DNA from: Gammaproteobacteria bacterium
Lineage (GTDB): Bacteria; Pseudomonadota; Gammaproteobacteria; CAJXQU01
Direction: 5' to 3'
DNA: 64,000 nt
Assembly (NCBI GenBank): GCA_965238175.1
Contig: CBDEGZ010000003.1
Span: 576,001-640,000, forward strand
Shown: positions 44,483-55,112 of the stretch, piece by piece
Numbering within the stretch: position 1 is the stretch's first letter
Layout of the letters: each line of letters opens with the position of its first letter
Notes under the pieces: generated by a model
Told to the model about the DNA's origin: nothing
Seen by the model: only the letters and a program-made list of their open reading frames with translations
Database searches by the model: none
Translations under genes and position numbers: made by a program

Positions 44483-47400
44483 ATGACACGCCAAACACAG
44501 ACAGGCCTTGGAACTCACCCACGCAGAGTTAACGCTTTTGTTGCCAGCTTAATTTTCGCCTTAATGTCATTAACCACATCGGTGATGCAAGCGGCAGTGC
44601 CGGGCCTCACCCCGGGAGAGCTGAGTGTTGGTCAGTCGGGTGCGGCAGAATACAATGTGCCGATTGCAGTGCCACCGGGCACGGCTGGCATGGCACCGAT
44701 CTTATCGTTGAACTACAGCAGCAACAGCGGCAATGGGCCGCTAGGGGTCGGGTGGTCATTAAGTGGTCTATCGGCGATTACCCGCTGTCCACAGACCCTG
44801 GCACAAGATGGACAAATACGCGCAGTGAAGTTTGACACTCAGGATAAGTTTTGTCTGGATGGCCAGCGTCTAGTCGTCTCAAACGGCGGTGCCTATGGTG
44901 CCAATGGTACACAATATCGCACTGAGATGGATAACTTTAGTTTGATTACTTCGCACGGCAGTGGCTCAGGCTCACCTGTCAGTGGACCAAACTACTTCAC
45001 CGTCAAAACCAAAGCCGGTCAAACGATGTTTTACGGCACGACAACGGACTCAAACATTGACAGCCTCAACGGCGGACACGTGCGCACCTGGGCCTTAAAC
45101 CAGCTCCACGACACGGTCGGTAACTACATCAATTTCACTTATGAAGAAGATACCGACAAGCAAGATTACCGGATAGCGCGGATAGATTACACCGGCAACG
45201 TTAATGGCAGGGGCCCCTACAGCTCGGTACGGTTTGCGTACATGCCACGGCCAAGACTGGCCAAAGGTTACATTGCAGGCCACCCCTTTGCACAACGTAA
45301 GCTGATGACAAACATCAAGACCTATGCAGGTGAGACGCAGGTGAAAGACTATCGGCTGCATTATGAGATGACCGGTGTGGTGGGGCAACCGCGCATCGAA
45401 GAAATCAAAGAGTGTGATGGTGGTGGTCAGTGTTTTAATCCGTTGACGTTTGACTGGTCGCCGGAGTTATTTGGTTTTGTTGGCGCACAAAGCCTTGCAG
45501 ATGTGCCCCTTAAAGAAAGTCATGGTTTCCAGTGGGTGGATCATAATGGCGATGGTAAAACCGACTTTTGTTATATCGCCAAGTCCAATGAATTGCGCTG
45601 TCACCTCTCGACCTCCACTTTGGATGGCGGCAACGAGTTCAATCGTACACCAGTCAGATCAGCATCCACTATTGATAAGGGCTATGAAGAGGGAAGAGAA
45701 TGGGTGGATGTAAATGGTGATGGACGGGTGGATTTTTGTCGTTTAGTGGTGGATGGGTCTAGCAACAAATATATGGCATGCAACGCATCCACTGGCAATG
45801 GTTTTAATAATACGTTCTACAGTAGTATCTTAGCTGACGGTGGAGGTCAGTCAGAAGGTCGCCGATGGGTGGATTTTAATGGTGATGGACGAGCGGATTT
45901 TTGTCGGGTGACAGGATCTAGCAGTGCCGCCTGTACGCTCTCAACCGGTACTGGCTTTGGTCAGACTATTATTGGCACAGGTTTAACTTATGGAACCGGT
46001 GCGAATGGAAAAAATATCCGTGACTGGGAAGACGTCAATGGCGATGGTCTGGTGGATTTTTGTCGGACGCTGTCTGATAAAAGCAAAACGTGTAATTTTT
46101 CCACGGGTAGCGGGTTTGATCTTACTCCACATCAAACGGCAGCCAATACGGTGGGAACGAGCCTTAGCTTTGTGGGAGGAACGAACCCCAACCAAAATCG
46201 CTGGATCGACTTCAATGGTGACGGCAATAAAGATCTCTGTGTTGTACAAAGGGAAGGAGGTGAGAGGTACTCTGAGGAACGTCGAATAGTTCCGAATTTA
46301 GGCTATCCTATTCATCATAATATCATTGGTGAAGTGACTTATACAACAAAATGCACTTTGTTCACTGGGGTAGGTTTCGCACCTATTGCTATCGAATCAG
46401 AGCCGCTTGTCATCCCTGAACAATATTGTCAGGGTCGGTTCTGCACTCCTGAAGGCCTTGGAGTCGATTTTAAATGGAAAGATGTCAACAATGATGGGCT
46501 TGGCGATGTGTGCTTTAGGGTTGACAAAGGACGTTCTGGGTGTTTTTTTTCTGAAGGGCATCGCTTCCACTCTCTTATGAGTGTAACAGGTATAGTGTTT
46601 GGGGACAGCCGATTAATTGATGCGAACTTCGCCGATGTCAACGGCGATGCCATCGCTGATGCGTGCTATGTCCGATTTAGACGTAATCCGGACAATGACG
46701 ATCAAATCAACTGCAACATCGGCAACACCCGCCCCCAGATGCGCATTATCAAAGTCACCAACAGCCTTGGTAGCCCCACCGAGATTGAATACAAACCGAT
46801 GACCGACAGCAGCGTCTACAGTAAATCTGCGGATGTGGTTCCGAAAACAACAGGCTACCCTTACCTTGACGTCCAAGCCCCGATGTACGTAGTCTCCAAG
46901 GTTAAAAATGACAATGGCCTCGGCCTCGGCATCACCAACGACGTCGACTACACCTATGCAGGCGCCAAAGTCCACCTAAAAGGCCGTGGTTTTGCTGGTT
47001 TTCGTTGGATGTTTGCCTACAACAGAGCCCAAGGCACCTATGCGGCGACCGAGTTCCATCAAGACTTCCCACTCGCCGGCATGGTCGCCTACACACGTAG
47101 CAACCTGATTGCAGACAATAGCCTGATTAGTCAAACCAACAACACCTATAACGTTGTGGCAAGAACCGACGGCAGCTATTTTCCCTATCTTCAAACCAGT
47201 AACCAAGTCACATACGAACTCGGCGGAGCCATGGTCAAACAAACCGTTACAGACTACGTCTACGATGATTATGGTAACCCGATCTCGATTAAAGTGGCCA
47301 CCGCAGGCCTCGACCAAAATACCTTCCGCACAGAAACCACCAACACCTACGACGCGTCCAGTACCGCCATCAGCAAATGGTACCTAGGCCGCTTAACCAC

Positions 47401-50400
47401 CACCGCCGTCACGCAAACCGCCAACGGCAAGACCGCAACCCGTAAATCAGCGTTTGAATACGACATCAATGGTCACGGCATGCTGATGAAAGAAATCATC
47501 GAGCCGAATAACCCCGCACTTCGATTAGAAACCGCCTATCAATACGACGCCTACGGTAACAAAACCCGCGTCACCGCCTTGGGCGGCAGCGGATCTACCG
47601 CCATCACCGCCCGCAGCACACGAACAGAATATAGCGGCGGCGGTCACAACACCGGGCAATTCCCGATCAAAATCACCAATGCGATGGGCGAATCTGAAAC
47701 CCATACCTACGATGCGCGCTTTGGCGTCATGACCAAACTCACCGGCCCCAATGGTCTGGAGACCACCTGGCAATACGATAGCTTTGGACGCAAGATAAAA
47801 GAGACACGGGCAGATAGCACGACAACCACCTTTACTCGTAACTGGTGTGCTAAATACTGTAAGACCTCCCTGACCACCCAAAGCACTGGCAGTGCGCCTG
47901 CTCTGGAAGCCTTTGACCGACTCGGCCGAATTCAATATGTCAATACCTATGGTCTTGGAAATGATCTGTCTGGCAGCAATGTCTACACAGATCTAAATAT
48001 CATTAACCCCCGCATTATCAGTGTAGCAACCCAATACAATATTCGCGGTGAAATCAAACGAACCTCACAACCCTTCTATCTTCAGAGCCCCATTCACTGG
48101 ACCAACTTCACCTACGACGCCCTCGGCCGGCCGCTAACCGAAACCGACGCCAACGGCACCACCGGTTATGAATATAAGGGACTAACATCAACCCTCACCA
48201 ACCGCCTCAACCAAAAAACCACCCGGCGAGTTAATGCGCGTGACGAATTGATCCAAACCACCGACAACCTAGGCTTCAACACCTATTACCAATATGATGC
48301 ACAGGGCAACCAAACCCAAGTCACTGACCACCTCGGCAACATCACCACCATTGACTACGACGCCCGTGGTCGCAAAATCGCCATGAACGACCCCGACATG
48401 GGCGACTGGGAATACAGCTACAACGCCCTCGGAGAGCTGATAAGCCAAACCGACGCCAAAGGCCAAATCACCCGCATGGAATACGATATTCTAGGGCGCA
48501 TGATCACACGCACAGACGCGGAATGTAACAGCTTCTGGGTCTATGGCTCACACAGCAACACCGGCGCAAGTGATAAGGCCATCGGCAAACTCATCTACAG
48601 CCAAAAAGGCCAGCAAGAAAAAATCTTCACTCGCTACGACAGCCTAGGCCGTCCGAATGAAATTGAAACAAGACTACAGTTTGAAGCCACCAACAAAACC
48701 TACCTCACCCAAACAAATTACGACACGCTCGGACGAGTACAAGACATCACCTATCCGGCCAGCAACGACTACCCAACAGGCCTCGTAGTCAGAAACCACT
48801 ACGACGCCAACGGCCATATGCACAAAGTCACCGGCCCCAACAACATCACCTACTGGCAAGCCACCAAACAAAATGCGCGAGGCCAGATAACCGAGTTCCG
48901 TATGGGCAATGGCGCCACCGAAACCCAACGGTCTTATAATGCAATAAACGGCCTGGTAAGCAACATCAACACCCGTAACGATAATGGAACTGACAACATT
49001 CAGAAACTTGGCTTTACCTTTGACGTCGCCGGCAACCTCAAAACCCGCCGAGGCTACGACCAAGGCAATAACACCAACCTCGAAGAAAACTTCCATTATG
49101 ACGGCATCAATCGCCTCATCGTGTCACAGCTTGGCGATGGGTCACATCGAAAGCAATACGACTACGACGCGCTCGGCAACCTCACCTTCAAAACCGGGGT
49201 TGGCACCTACGACTACACCAACGGCCGTCCACATGCGGTGAGCAACACCTCGATTGGGAGTAAACAATACCAATACGACGACAATGGCAACATGATGAGC
49301 GGTGATGGTCGAACCATCACCTGGTCACCGTACAACAAACCGATCAAAATTGAGAAAGACGGTGTACAAACCGCCACCCAATTTGACTACGGCGCGAACC
49401 GCAACCGCATTCGGCAGGTAAATGATCAAAAAATCATTTATTACGTCAACGGCCTGTTTGAGCAGGAATACGATGGCACCACCACCACCGACGTGCACTA
49501 CATCAAAGCCGGTGGCAGCACCATTGCGATTGTTAAATCCAAAGGCACCAACGACCCACTAGAAACCCGCTACCTGCACAAAGACCACTTAGGCGGCATT
49601 GAGTCGATTACAAATGAACAAGGTAACCTAGTCCAACAGTTTAGCTATGACCCGCATGGCAAACGCCGGGCGGTTAACTGGACCGATGATGACAATGTCA
49701 GCAACCCGGCTATTTATCAATTTGACACCCAACGTGGCTTTACCGGGCATGAACACCTGGACGAGGTGGGGCTAATTCACATGAACGGCCGAGTCTATGA
49801 CCCGACGCTTGGACGGTTTATCAGTGCAGATCCGTTTGTGCAGTTCCCGGACAATGGCCAGTCATTGAACCGCTATTCGTATGTGTTGAATAATCCGTTG
49901 AGTTATAGTGACCCGAGTGGTTTCTTGTCTTTGGGCTTTTTAAAAAAAGCTTTTAAGGTTGTGGCGAGTTATTTTATCGCGGTAATCCCCGGGGTTAATG
50001 TATTCGTAGCTGGTTTTCTGATTGGTTTTTTAAATGGAGGCACTTTAAAATCAGGATTTATTGGTGCAGTGACGATGGGCGCATTCCAGAAACTGGGAGG
50101 TGCCGGTGCAATTGCAGGGAAAATTGGAGGTTTTACAGGTGATGTTGTCGAGGTCGTGGCTCATGGTGTTGTTGGAGGTGTCTCTGCCATCGCCCGTGGT
50201 GGTAGGTTTATCCAGGGGTTCTTGCCTGCCGGGTTGAGTAGTGCAACGAGCTTGTCTGGTTTCTTAAGGAACTTAGATGATGTGACGCAAGGTTTTGCGC
50301 AGGCTGTTATTGGTGGAACCGCTTCTGTGTTGGGTGGCGGTAAGTTCGCAAATGGGGCGATTACGGGGGCGTTTGTTTATGCGGCGGGGAGGGTTGGGCA

Positions 50401-53400
50401 GGCGAGTGCTGACGGTAATATCTGTAGTAGACGCCCAATCAACATCGCTACCGGTGAGAAGTACCTGACCATGCTGGATTATAAAGCCGCTGGCGCAAGC
50501 CAGCTTAAATTTGAGCGTTACTACAGTAGTCATGCAAAAGAAAAAACATCGTTAGGTTACGGTTGGCGTTCCAATTTTGATAAGAAACTCCGTTTTGAAG
50601 GGGTTGCAATGGGGATCCCATGGAAGGTTATCTATACCAAGACTAATCGTGAAGAAGTGGTTTTCTCACAAAATGATGAGGGCAACTGGATCACCTCAAG
50701 CGATACGTTAGAAAGCCTTCAGAAAACCGAAGCTGGTTGGCAGCTAACCGATGCCAGTGGCACGGTTGAAACCTTTAATACGGACGGTCAGTTTGAGACT
50801 GTTGAAAAACGCGGTGGTTATCAACAAGCGCTGTCATACAATGATAACGGTCAGCTTGTACAAGTGACCGACAGCTTCAATGTTAGCTTGAACTTTACAT
50901 ATAACCGTAAAGGCTTGCTGGAGAGCATGAGCGATCCAGAAGGCAATGTAACGCACTATCGCTACAATCATACCAAACAAGTCCTGGCACAAGTTCTCTA
51001 TCCGGATGAAACAGAAACCTTAGCGGATAACCCTTACAAACGATACTTCTATCGGGATAAACGCTTCCCTACCGCCATTACCGGGATTGAAAACGAGCTG
51101 GGTCAACGCATCCACTCAATGGCCTATGATGGACAAGGCCGCGCAATCTTAAGTGAACTCGGTGACTCCGGTGAACGTGTTGATATTGTCTTCCACAAAG
51201 GTGTCAATGCAGCTAACAAGAGCAGCACTGTACGCAACTCCCTAGGCCGTGAAACTAAATACTTCTTCGATGCAGATAATCGGCCACTCTCCGTTGAAGG
51301 TCACGCCACCAAAACCTGTATCGCCTCCAATCAAGGTTATACCTACGATGAGAATGGCAACATTGAGACCAAGACCGATTGGAACGGCGTAGTGACGCGA
51401 TACCAATATAACGATCGCAATCTTGAAATCCTGCGCATCGAAGCCGAAGGCACCGACAGCGAACGTGTTGTTACGACTTCATGGCATCCACACTACCGGA
51501 TCCCAACGCAAGTTGTAGCACCAGGTAACACCACTGAGTTTGATTATGATCAACGTGGATTACTCACCAAACGGACCGAGCGCGATACCTTATCCGCACG
51601 TACTGCCTGGCAAGAACTATTGTCAGTCTATCCAGAACGCGTCACCACCTATGCCTACAATGCACAAGGGCTGGTTGAAAAAATCGACGGACCGCTGACT
51701 GGCGAAGACGACGTACTCACCTTTGCTTATGACGCCATGGGTAATCGCACACAAGTGAACAACTCACTAGGTCATCAAAGTGAAACCCGTGCGTTTGATC
51801 AAAATGGACGACCATTACTCGTGGTCGATGCCAATGGCGTTGAAACCCATCTTGAATACAATGCGCGCGGCTGGCTTGCACGTAAAACCATCAAAGGGAA
51901 TGACGGTGAAGCCACCACACAGTATGAATACGCACACAGTGGCACCTATGAAGGCCAAGGGCTGATATCAAAAGTCACCTTACCAAACCAAAAAACAGTG
52001 AACTACGATTATGATAGCGCCTATAAATTGATCGGCCTGCATAATAGCCAAGGCGAGCGAATTGAATACACCCTTGACCTTGAAGGCAACCGCATTGCCG
52101 AAACCACCTTTAATGCCAGTAACGAACTGGTACGCACACAACGACGCGTGTTTGACGAACTCAGCCGACTGCTATCCAGCATCGGTGCAGATCAACAAAC
52201 CACTCGTTACCATTACGACAAAAACGGCAACCTAACCGGCAGAGTGGATCCACTCAATAATGAAACCCACTACGCCTTTGATGCACTCAATCGACTGATT
52301 GCCACCACCGATGCCAATGATGGCGTTGTGGCAACGGCGTATAATGGCCAGGGGCAAGTCACCTCTGTGACAGATCAACGCGGTCTGACCACCGAATACC
52401 ACTACAATGGCTTTGGTGAGAAGGTGGCTCAGATTAGCCCGGACACCGGCAAAACCGTGTTTGACTACAACAAAGCAGGACAATTGATCAAACAGATAGA
52501 CGCACGGGAAATCGAGACACAATACCACTATGACGCGATAGGACGAGTCACACAGATCCACTACCCCGCCGCCAATGACGATGACATTTACTATGCCTAT
52601 GATCAACAACGTACGGGTACCGATCATGCGATTGGACAGTTGACTGAGGTCACTGATCCAGCGGGCACCACCGAGTACGGTTATAACCAACATGGGCAAG
52701 TAAACCGTCAGGACTACACCCTCGGCGGTGTTGCATACCATACACAAAACCACTACAACGCCGCTGGCGAATTAACCGCCATGACCTACCCAAGCGGACG
52801 CGTGGTCAACTACCAACATGATAACCTGGGCCGCATTCAGGGAGTCACCACCCAAGCCTCAGCGACAAACCGTGCACAAACGGTCGTTAATCACCTTGAC
52901 TACCACGCCTTTGGCCCTGTCTCGCAAATGGACTATGGTAATGGCGCACAGATCAATATTGATCGCGATAAAGACTACCGCGTCACCCATATCCGGGTCA
53001 CCGACAGCAATAACGATGTCGCCTACTATGACGCCGGCTATCACTATGATGATGCCAGCAATATTAAACAGATCGACGATCAGATAGAAACCACCGACAG
53101 TCAAACCTTTGATTATGATGCACTCTATCGTTTAACCCGTGCAGAAGGACAATACGGTCAAATCGACTACGATTATGACGGTGTCGGCAATCGCCTGGAA
53201 CGACGGTTGAATGATAAATTGAGTGATACAGACACGCTAGACAGCCTGATAGAGACCTATGATTACGCCCATGACAGTAATCGTTTGATCTCCGTGGCCA
53301 AGCAAAAAGGCCAACATAGCACACAGCGCAGCCTGGATTATGATCCGGTAGGGAATATCATCCATGACAGCCGCTCAAGTGAAAATAATCTGGCCTTAAA

Positions 53401-54418
53401 CTACGGCGCCAACAACCGCCTGCAACAGGTGGATAAACAGACGGAAGGTGAGACAACCTCGGCCTATGTGTATAACGCCAAAAACCAACGTGTGATCAAA
53501 ACGGTCACACAAGCGGACGGTTCGCAAACCACGACGCACTTCCATTACAACGCGCTCGATCAATTGATTGCAGAAACCAGCAACAATGGCGCGGTGTTTA
53601 AGGAATACCTGTATGCCGGTGGTACGCGTGTAGCGATGGTGGATTATGCACAGGATAATGCGGGGCAGCTGGTGTTTATCCATAATGATCACTTAGGCAC
53701 ACCGAAGTTGATGACCGATGGTGACATGCGCGTGGTCTGGCAGGCACAAAGCTTACCGTTTGGTGAAACCCGTGCGTCGGTGGCGGATGTGAAACAATCA
53801 TTGCGCTTCCCGGGGCAGTACAAGGATGAGGAAACGGGGTATCATTATAATTATCATCGGGATTATGATCCGACGTTGGGAAGGTATATTCAGTCGGATC
53901 CGATTGGGTTGCTGGGTGGGGTTAATACGTTTGGGTATGTGGGGGGGAATCCGGTGACATCTTTTGATCCTAAAGGCCTAGTTGAATGGACTGGCCGAGT
54001 TGAATATATAAATGCTGGTCAAGTTGCTGGTACTATTAGAGCACGTTTTTTCTTAGAGTCTGAGGCTGTGAAAGGAGTGAAATGGAGAGTAAGGGTTAAT
54101 GCGGCCGGATCAGGTAGTGTAATTGGCAAAGGCCCTTATGCGGTTTCAGCATCAAAAATCACATTTAATGATGGGTTAACGTCTACTGGACCAACTGTTT
54201 TTGAAGGTAATTTTGTTATGGCAAATGCTGGTTTTTCTACACCTCTTGGTGGTGTTACTTATGGTGGGGTGATACTGGGAAATGCTGCTTCAAAAGGCTT
54301 CTCATTTTCAATAGGTATAGAGGTTCCCGGTGCATTAGATATGCATGGGGAGTCATCATTAGTCTCTGCAGAACAAATATTTGTTGAAGATGAAAATCAA
54401 CAACTGATGTGTCCTTAG
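44483..54418 (+). CDS. Giant secreted Rhs/YD protein: SpvB-like N-terminus, Cys-paired FG-GAP repeats, Rhs core 1, Gly-rich linker, DUF6531-like domain, Rhs core 2, C-terminal toxin
   Basis: Signal peptide ending VMQA; GAAEYNVPIAVPPG..LSLNYSS..GWSL; core 1 ends NPLSYSDPSG (49910-49921); PINIATGEK..FERYYSS..GYGW; core 2 ends NPVTSFDPKG (53966-53977). Start could be 44477. Confidence 0.92.
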   Translation: MTRQTQTGLGTHPRRVNAFVASLIFALMSLTTSVMQAAVPGLTPGELSVGQSGAAEYNVPIAVPPGTAGMAPILSLNYSSNSGNGPLGVGWSLSGLSAITRCPQTLAQDGQIRAVKFDTQDKFCLDGQRLVVSNGGAYGANGTQYRTEMDNFSLITSHGSGSGSPVSGPNYFTVKTKAGQTMFYGTTTDSNIDSLNGGHVRTWALNQLHDTVGNYINFTYEEDTDKQDYRIARIDYTGNVNGRGPYSSVRFAYMPRPRLAKGYIAGHPFAQRKLMTNIKTYAGETQVKDYRLHYEMTGVVGQPRIEEIKECDGGGQCFNPLTFDWSPELFGFVGAQSLADVPLKESHGFQWVDHNGDGKTDFCYIAKSNELRCHLSTSTLDGGNEFNRTPVRSASTIDKGYEEGREWVDVNGDGRVDFCRLVVDGSSNKYMACNASTGNGFNNTFYSSILADGGGQSEGRRWVDFNGDGRADFCRVTGSSSAACTLSTGTGFGQTIIGTGLTYGTGANGKNIRDWEDVNGDGLVDFCRTLSDKSKTCNFSTGSGFDLTPHQTAANTVGTSLSFVGGTNPNQNRWIDFNGDGNKDLCVVQREGGERYSEERRIVPNLGYPIHHNIIGEVTYTTKCTLFTGVGFAPIAIESEPLVIPEQYCQGRFCTPEGLGVDFKWKDVNNDGLGDVCFRVDKGRSGCFFSEGHRFHSLMSVTGIVFGDSRLIDANFADVNGDAIADACYVRFRRNPDNDDQINCNIGNTRPQMRIIKVTNSLGSPTEIEYKPMTDSSVYSKSADVVPKTTGYPYLDVQAPMYVVSKVKNDNGLGLGITNDVDYTYAGAKVHLKGRGFAGFRWMFAYNRAQGTYAATEFHQDFPLAGMVAYTRSNLIADNSLISQTNNTYNVVARTDGSYFPYLQTSNQVTYELGGAMVKQTVTDYVYDDYGNPISIKVATAGLDQNTFRTETTNTYDASSTAISKWYLGRLTTTAVTQTANGKTATRKSAFEYDINGHGMLMKEIIEPNNPALRLETAYQYDAYGNKTRVTALGGSGSTAITARSTRTEYSGGGHNTGQFPIKITNAMGESETHTYDARFGVMTKLTGPNGLETTWQYDSFGRKIKETRADSTTTTFTRNWCAKYCKTSLTTQSTGSAPALEAFDRLGRIQYVNTYGLGNDLSGSNVYTDLNIINPRIISVATQYNIRGEIKRTSQPFYLQSPIHWTNFTYDALGRPLTETDANGTTGYEYKGLTSTLTNRLNQKTTRRVNARDELIQTTDNLGFNTYYQYDAQGNQTQVTDHLGNITTIDYDARGRKIAMNDPDMGDWEYSYNALGELISQTDAKGQITRMEYDILGRMITRTDAECNSFWVYGSHSNTGASDKAIGKLIYSQKGQQEKIFTRYDSLGRPNEIETRLQFEATNKTYLTQTNYDTLGRVQDITYPASNDYPTGLVVRNHYDANGHMHKVTGPNNITYWQATKQNARGQITEFRMGNGATETQRSYNAINGLVSNINTRNDNGTDNIQKLGFTFDVAGNLKTRRGYDQGNNTNLEENFHYDGINRLIVSQLGDGSHRKQYDYDALGNLTFKTGVGTYDYTNGRPHAVSNTSIGSKQYQYDDNGNMMSGDGRTITWSPYNKPIKIEKDGVQTATQFDYGANRNRIRQVNDQKIIYYVNGLFEQEYDGTTTTDVHYIKAGGSTIAIVKSKGTNDPLETRYLHKDHLGGIESITNEQGNLVQQFSYDPHGKRRAVNWTDDDNVSNPAIYQFDTQRGFTGHEHLDEVGLIHMNGRVYDPTLGRFISADPFVQFPDNGQSLNRYSYVLNNPLSYSDPSGFLSLGFLKKAFKVVASYFIAVIPGVNVFVAGFLIGFLNGGTLKSGFIGAVTMGAFQKLGGAGAIAGKIGGFTGDVVEVVAHGVVGGVSAIARGGRFIQGFLPAGLSSATSLSGFLRNLDDVTQGFAQAVIGGTASVLGGGKFANGAITGAFVYAAGRVGQASADGNICSRRPINIATGEKYLTMLDYKAAGASQLKFERYYSSHAKEKTSLGYGWRSNFDKKLRFEGVAMGIPWKVIYTKTNREEVVFSQNDEGNWITSSDTLESLQKTEAGWQLTDASGTVETFNTDGQFETVEKRGGYQQALSYNDNGQLVQVTDSFNVSLNFTYNRKGLLESMSDPEGNVTHYRYNHTKQVLAQVLYPDETETLADNPYKRYFYRDKRFPTAITGIENELGQRIHSMAYDGQGRAILSELGDSGERVDIVFHKGVNAANKSSTVRNSLGRETKYFFDADNRPLSVEGHATKTCIASNQGYTYDENGNIETKTDWNGVVTRYQYNDRNLEILRIEAEGTDSERVVTTSWHPHYRIPTQVVAPGNTTEFDYDQRGLLTKRTERDTLSARTAWQELLSVYPERVTTYAYNAQGLVEKIDGPLTGEDDVLTFAYDAMGNRTQVNNSLGHQSETRAFDQNGRPLLVVDANGVETHLEYNARGWLARKTIKGNDGEATTQYEYAHSGTYEGQGLISKVTLPNQKTVNYDYDSAYKLIGLHNSQGERIEYTLDLEGNRIAETTFNASNELVRTQRRVFDELSRLLSSIGADQQTTRYHYDKNGNLTGRVDPLNNETHYAFDALNRLIATTDANDGVVATAYNGQGQVTSVTDQRGLTTEYHYNGFGEKVAQISPDTGKTVFDYNKAGQLIKQIDAREIETQYHYDAIGRVTQIHYPAANDDDIYYAYDQQRTGTDHAIGQLTEVTDPAGTTEYGYNQHGQVNRQDYTLGGVAYHTQNHYNAAGELTAMTYPSGRVVNYQHDNLGRIQGVTTQASATNRAQTVVNHLDYHAFGPVSQMDYGNGAQINIDRDKDYRVTHIRVTDSNNDVAYYDAGYHYDDASNIKQIDDQIETTDSQTFDYDALYRLTRAEGQYGQIDYDYDGVGNRLERRLNDKLSDTDTLDSLIETYDYAHDSNRLISVAKQKGQHSTQRSLDYDPVGNIIHDSRSSENNLALNYGANNRLQQVDKQTEGETTSAYVYNAKNQRVIKTVTQADGSQTTTHFHYNALDQLIAETSNNGAVFKEYLYAGGTRVAMVDYAQDNAGQLVFIHNDHLGTPKLMTDGDMRVVWQAQSLPFGETRASVADVKQSLRFPGQYKDEETGYHYNYHRDYDPTLGRYIQSDPIGLLGGVNTFGYVGGNPVTSFDPKGLVEWTGRVEYINAGQVAGTIRARFFLESEAVKGVKWRVRVNAAGSGSVIGKGPYAVSASKITFNDGLTSTGPTVFEGNFVMANAGFSTPLGGVTYGGVILGNAASKGFSFSIGIEVPGALDMHGESSLVSAEQIFVEDENQQLMCP

Positions 54419-54436
54419 GATAATAATTTCCGGTTT

Positions 54437-54748
54437 GTGAGAAGCATAATGACAGTTCATGATTATTTTGCACTTTTAATATTGGTTCAATTAGTGCTTT
54501 TTGCACTCGCTTTTGGGCAGCTGGAACGGAATCATCCTATAGAGCACAATGAATTGGGTGGCAGTAAAGCATTGCTTGGTTTCTTAAGCACAATGCGTTT
54601 CATTACTTTTTTTATGGCACTTAGATTTTTAAGGATGTCAGAAAAACCAGTACTTACTAATAGAGAATTGATTATATATTTTGGTTTTTTTATTTCTTCA
54701 TGGATAACTTTTGTAGGCTTGGTGTGGCTTTTGGTTGCGAGAATATAA
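54437..54748 (+). CDS. Probable cognate immunity protein (about 3 TM segments)
   Basis: Small AT-rich hydrophobic ORF directly after the Rhs C-terminus; ATG 54449 is an alternative start. Confidence 0.65.
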   Translation: MRSIMTVHDYFALLILVQLVLFALAFGQLERNHPIEHNELGGSKALLGFLSTMRFITFFMALRFLRMSEKPVLTNRELIIYFGFFISSWITFVGLVWLLVARI

Positions 54749-54801
54749 AGAACCAATGGGGTCAGCCTGAAAAACCAAGGGGTCAGCCAGCTTGATATTT
54801 T

Positions 54802-55050
54802 AGTTACATAGAGTTCTTCTATGAGGCGCGTCAAGATCAGGTTTCTGGCTACTATGCGGGCAATCTGGCTATCCAGAAGTTCCGCATGTCAAATATCAAA
54901 ACCTATAATGGTCAGATCTTGGTGCATGATTACCAGCTTGCGTATCTTCCTGAGCAAAGCGTCAATAGTAATTCTTACATAAAGACGCTGACACAATGTG
55001 ATGCCGCAGGTTTGTGTTTTAACCCAACAACCTTGGGCTGGAGTGCAGAG
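54802..55050 (+). pseudogene. Isolated fragment of a paralogous SpvB-type Rhs N-terminal region
   Basis: SYIEFFYEAR...GYYAG...MSNIKTYNG...DYQLAY...CDAAGLCFNPTTLGWS aligns by eye with Rhs segment 45221-45460 (SSVRFAY...GYIAG...MTNIKTYAG...DYRLHY...CDGGGQCFNPLTFDWS). Confidence 0.8.
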
Positions 55051-55077
55051 CAAAAAGAAACCAAGGGGTCAGCCATC

Positions 55078-55106
55078 TTGATATTTCACTTTGAAGCAAG
55101 TAATCT
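55078..55106 (+). promoter_or_regulatory. Sigma70-like promoter for a probably leaderless RAYT transcript
   Basis: TTGATA-N17-TAATCT, then 6 nt, then ATG 55113; no SD sequence. Confidence 0.55.
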
Positions 55107-55112
55107 ACCCAA

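Noticed and set aside
44483-49921. Classical Tc (ABC) insecticidal toxin or T6SS effector locus
   Set aside because: No TcA, VgrG, PAAR or chaperone gene is in the window, and the protein has a Sec-like signal peptide.
54802-55050. Diversity-generating retroelement template repeat for the Rhs gene
   Set aside because: No reverse transcriptase; the similarity is protein-level and the differences are not adenine-specific.
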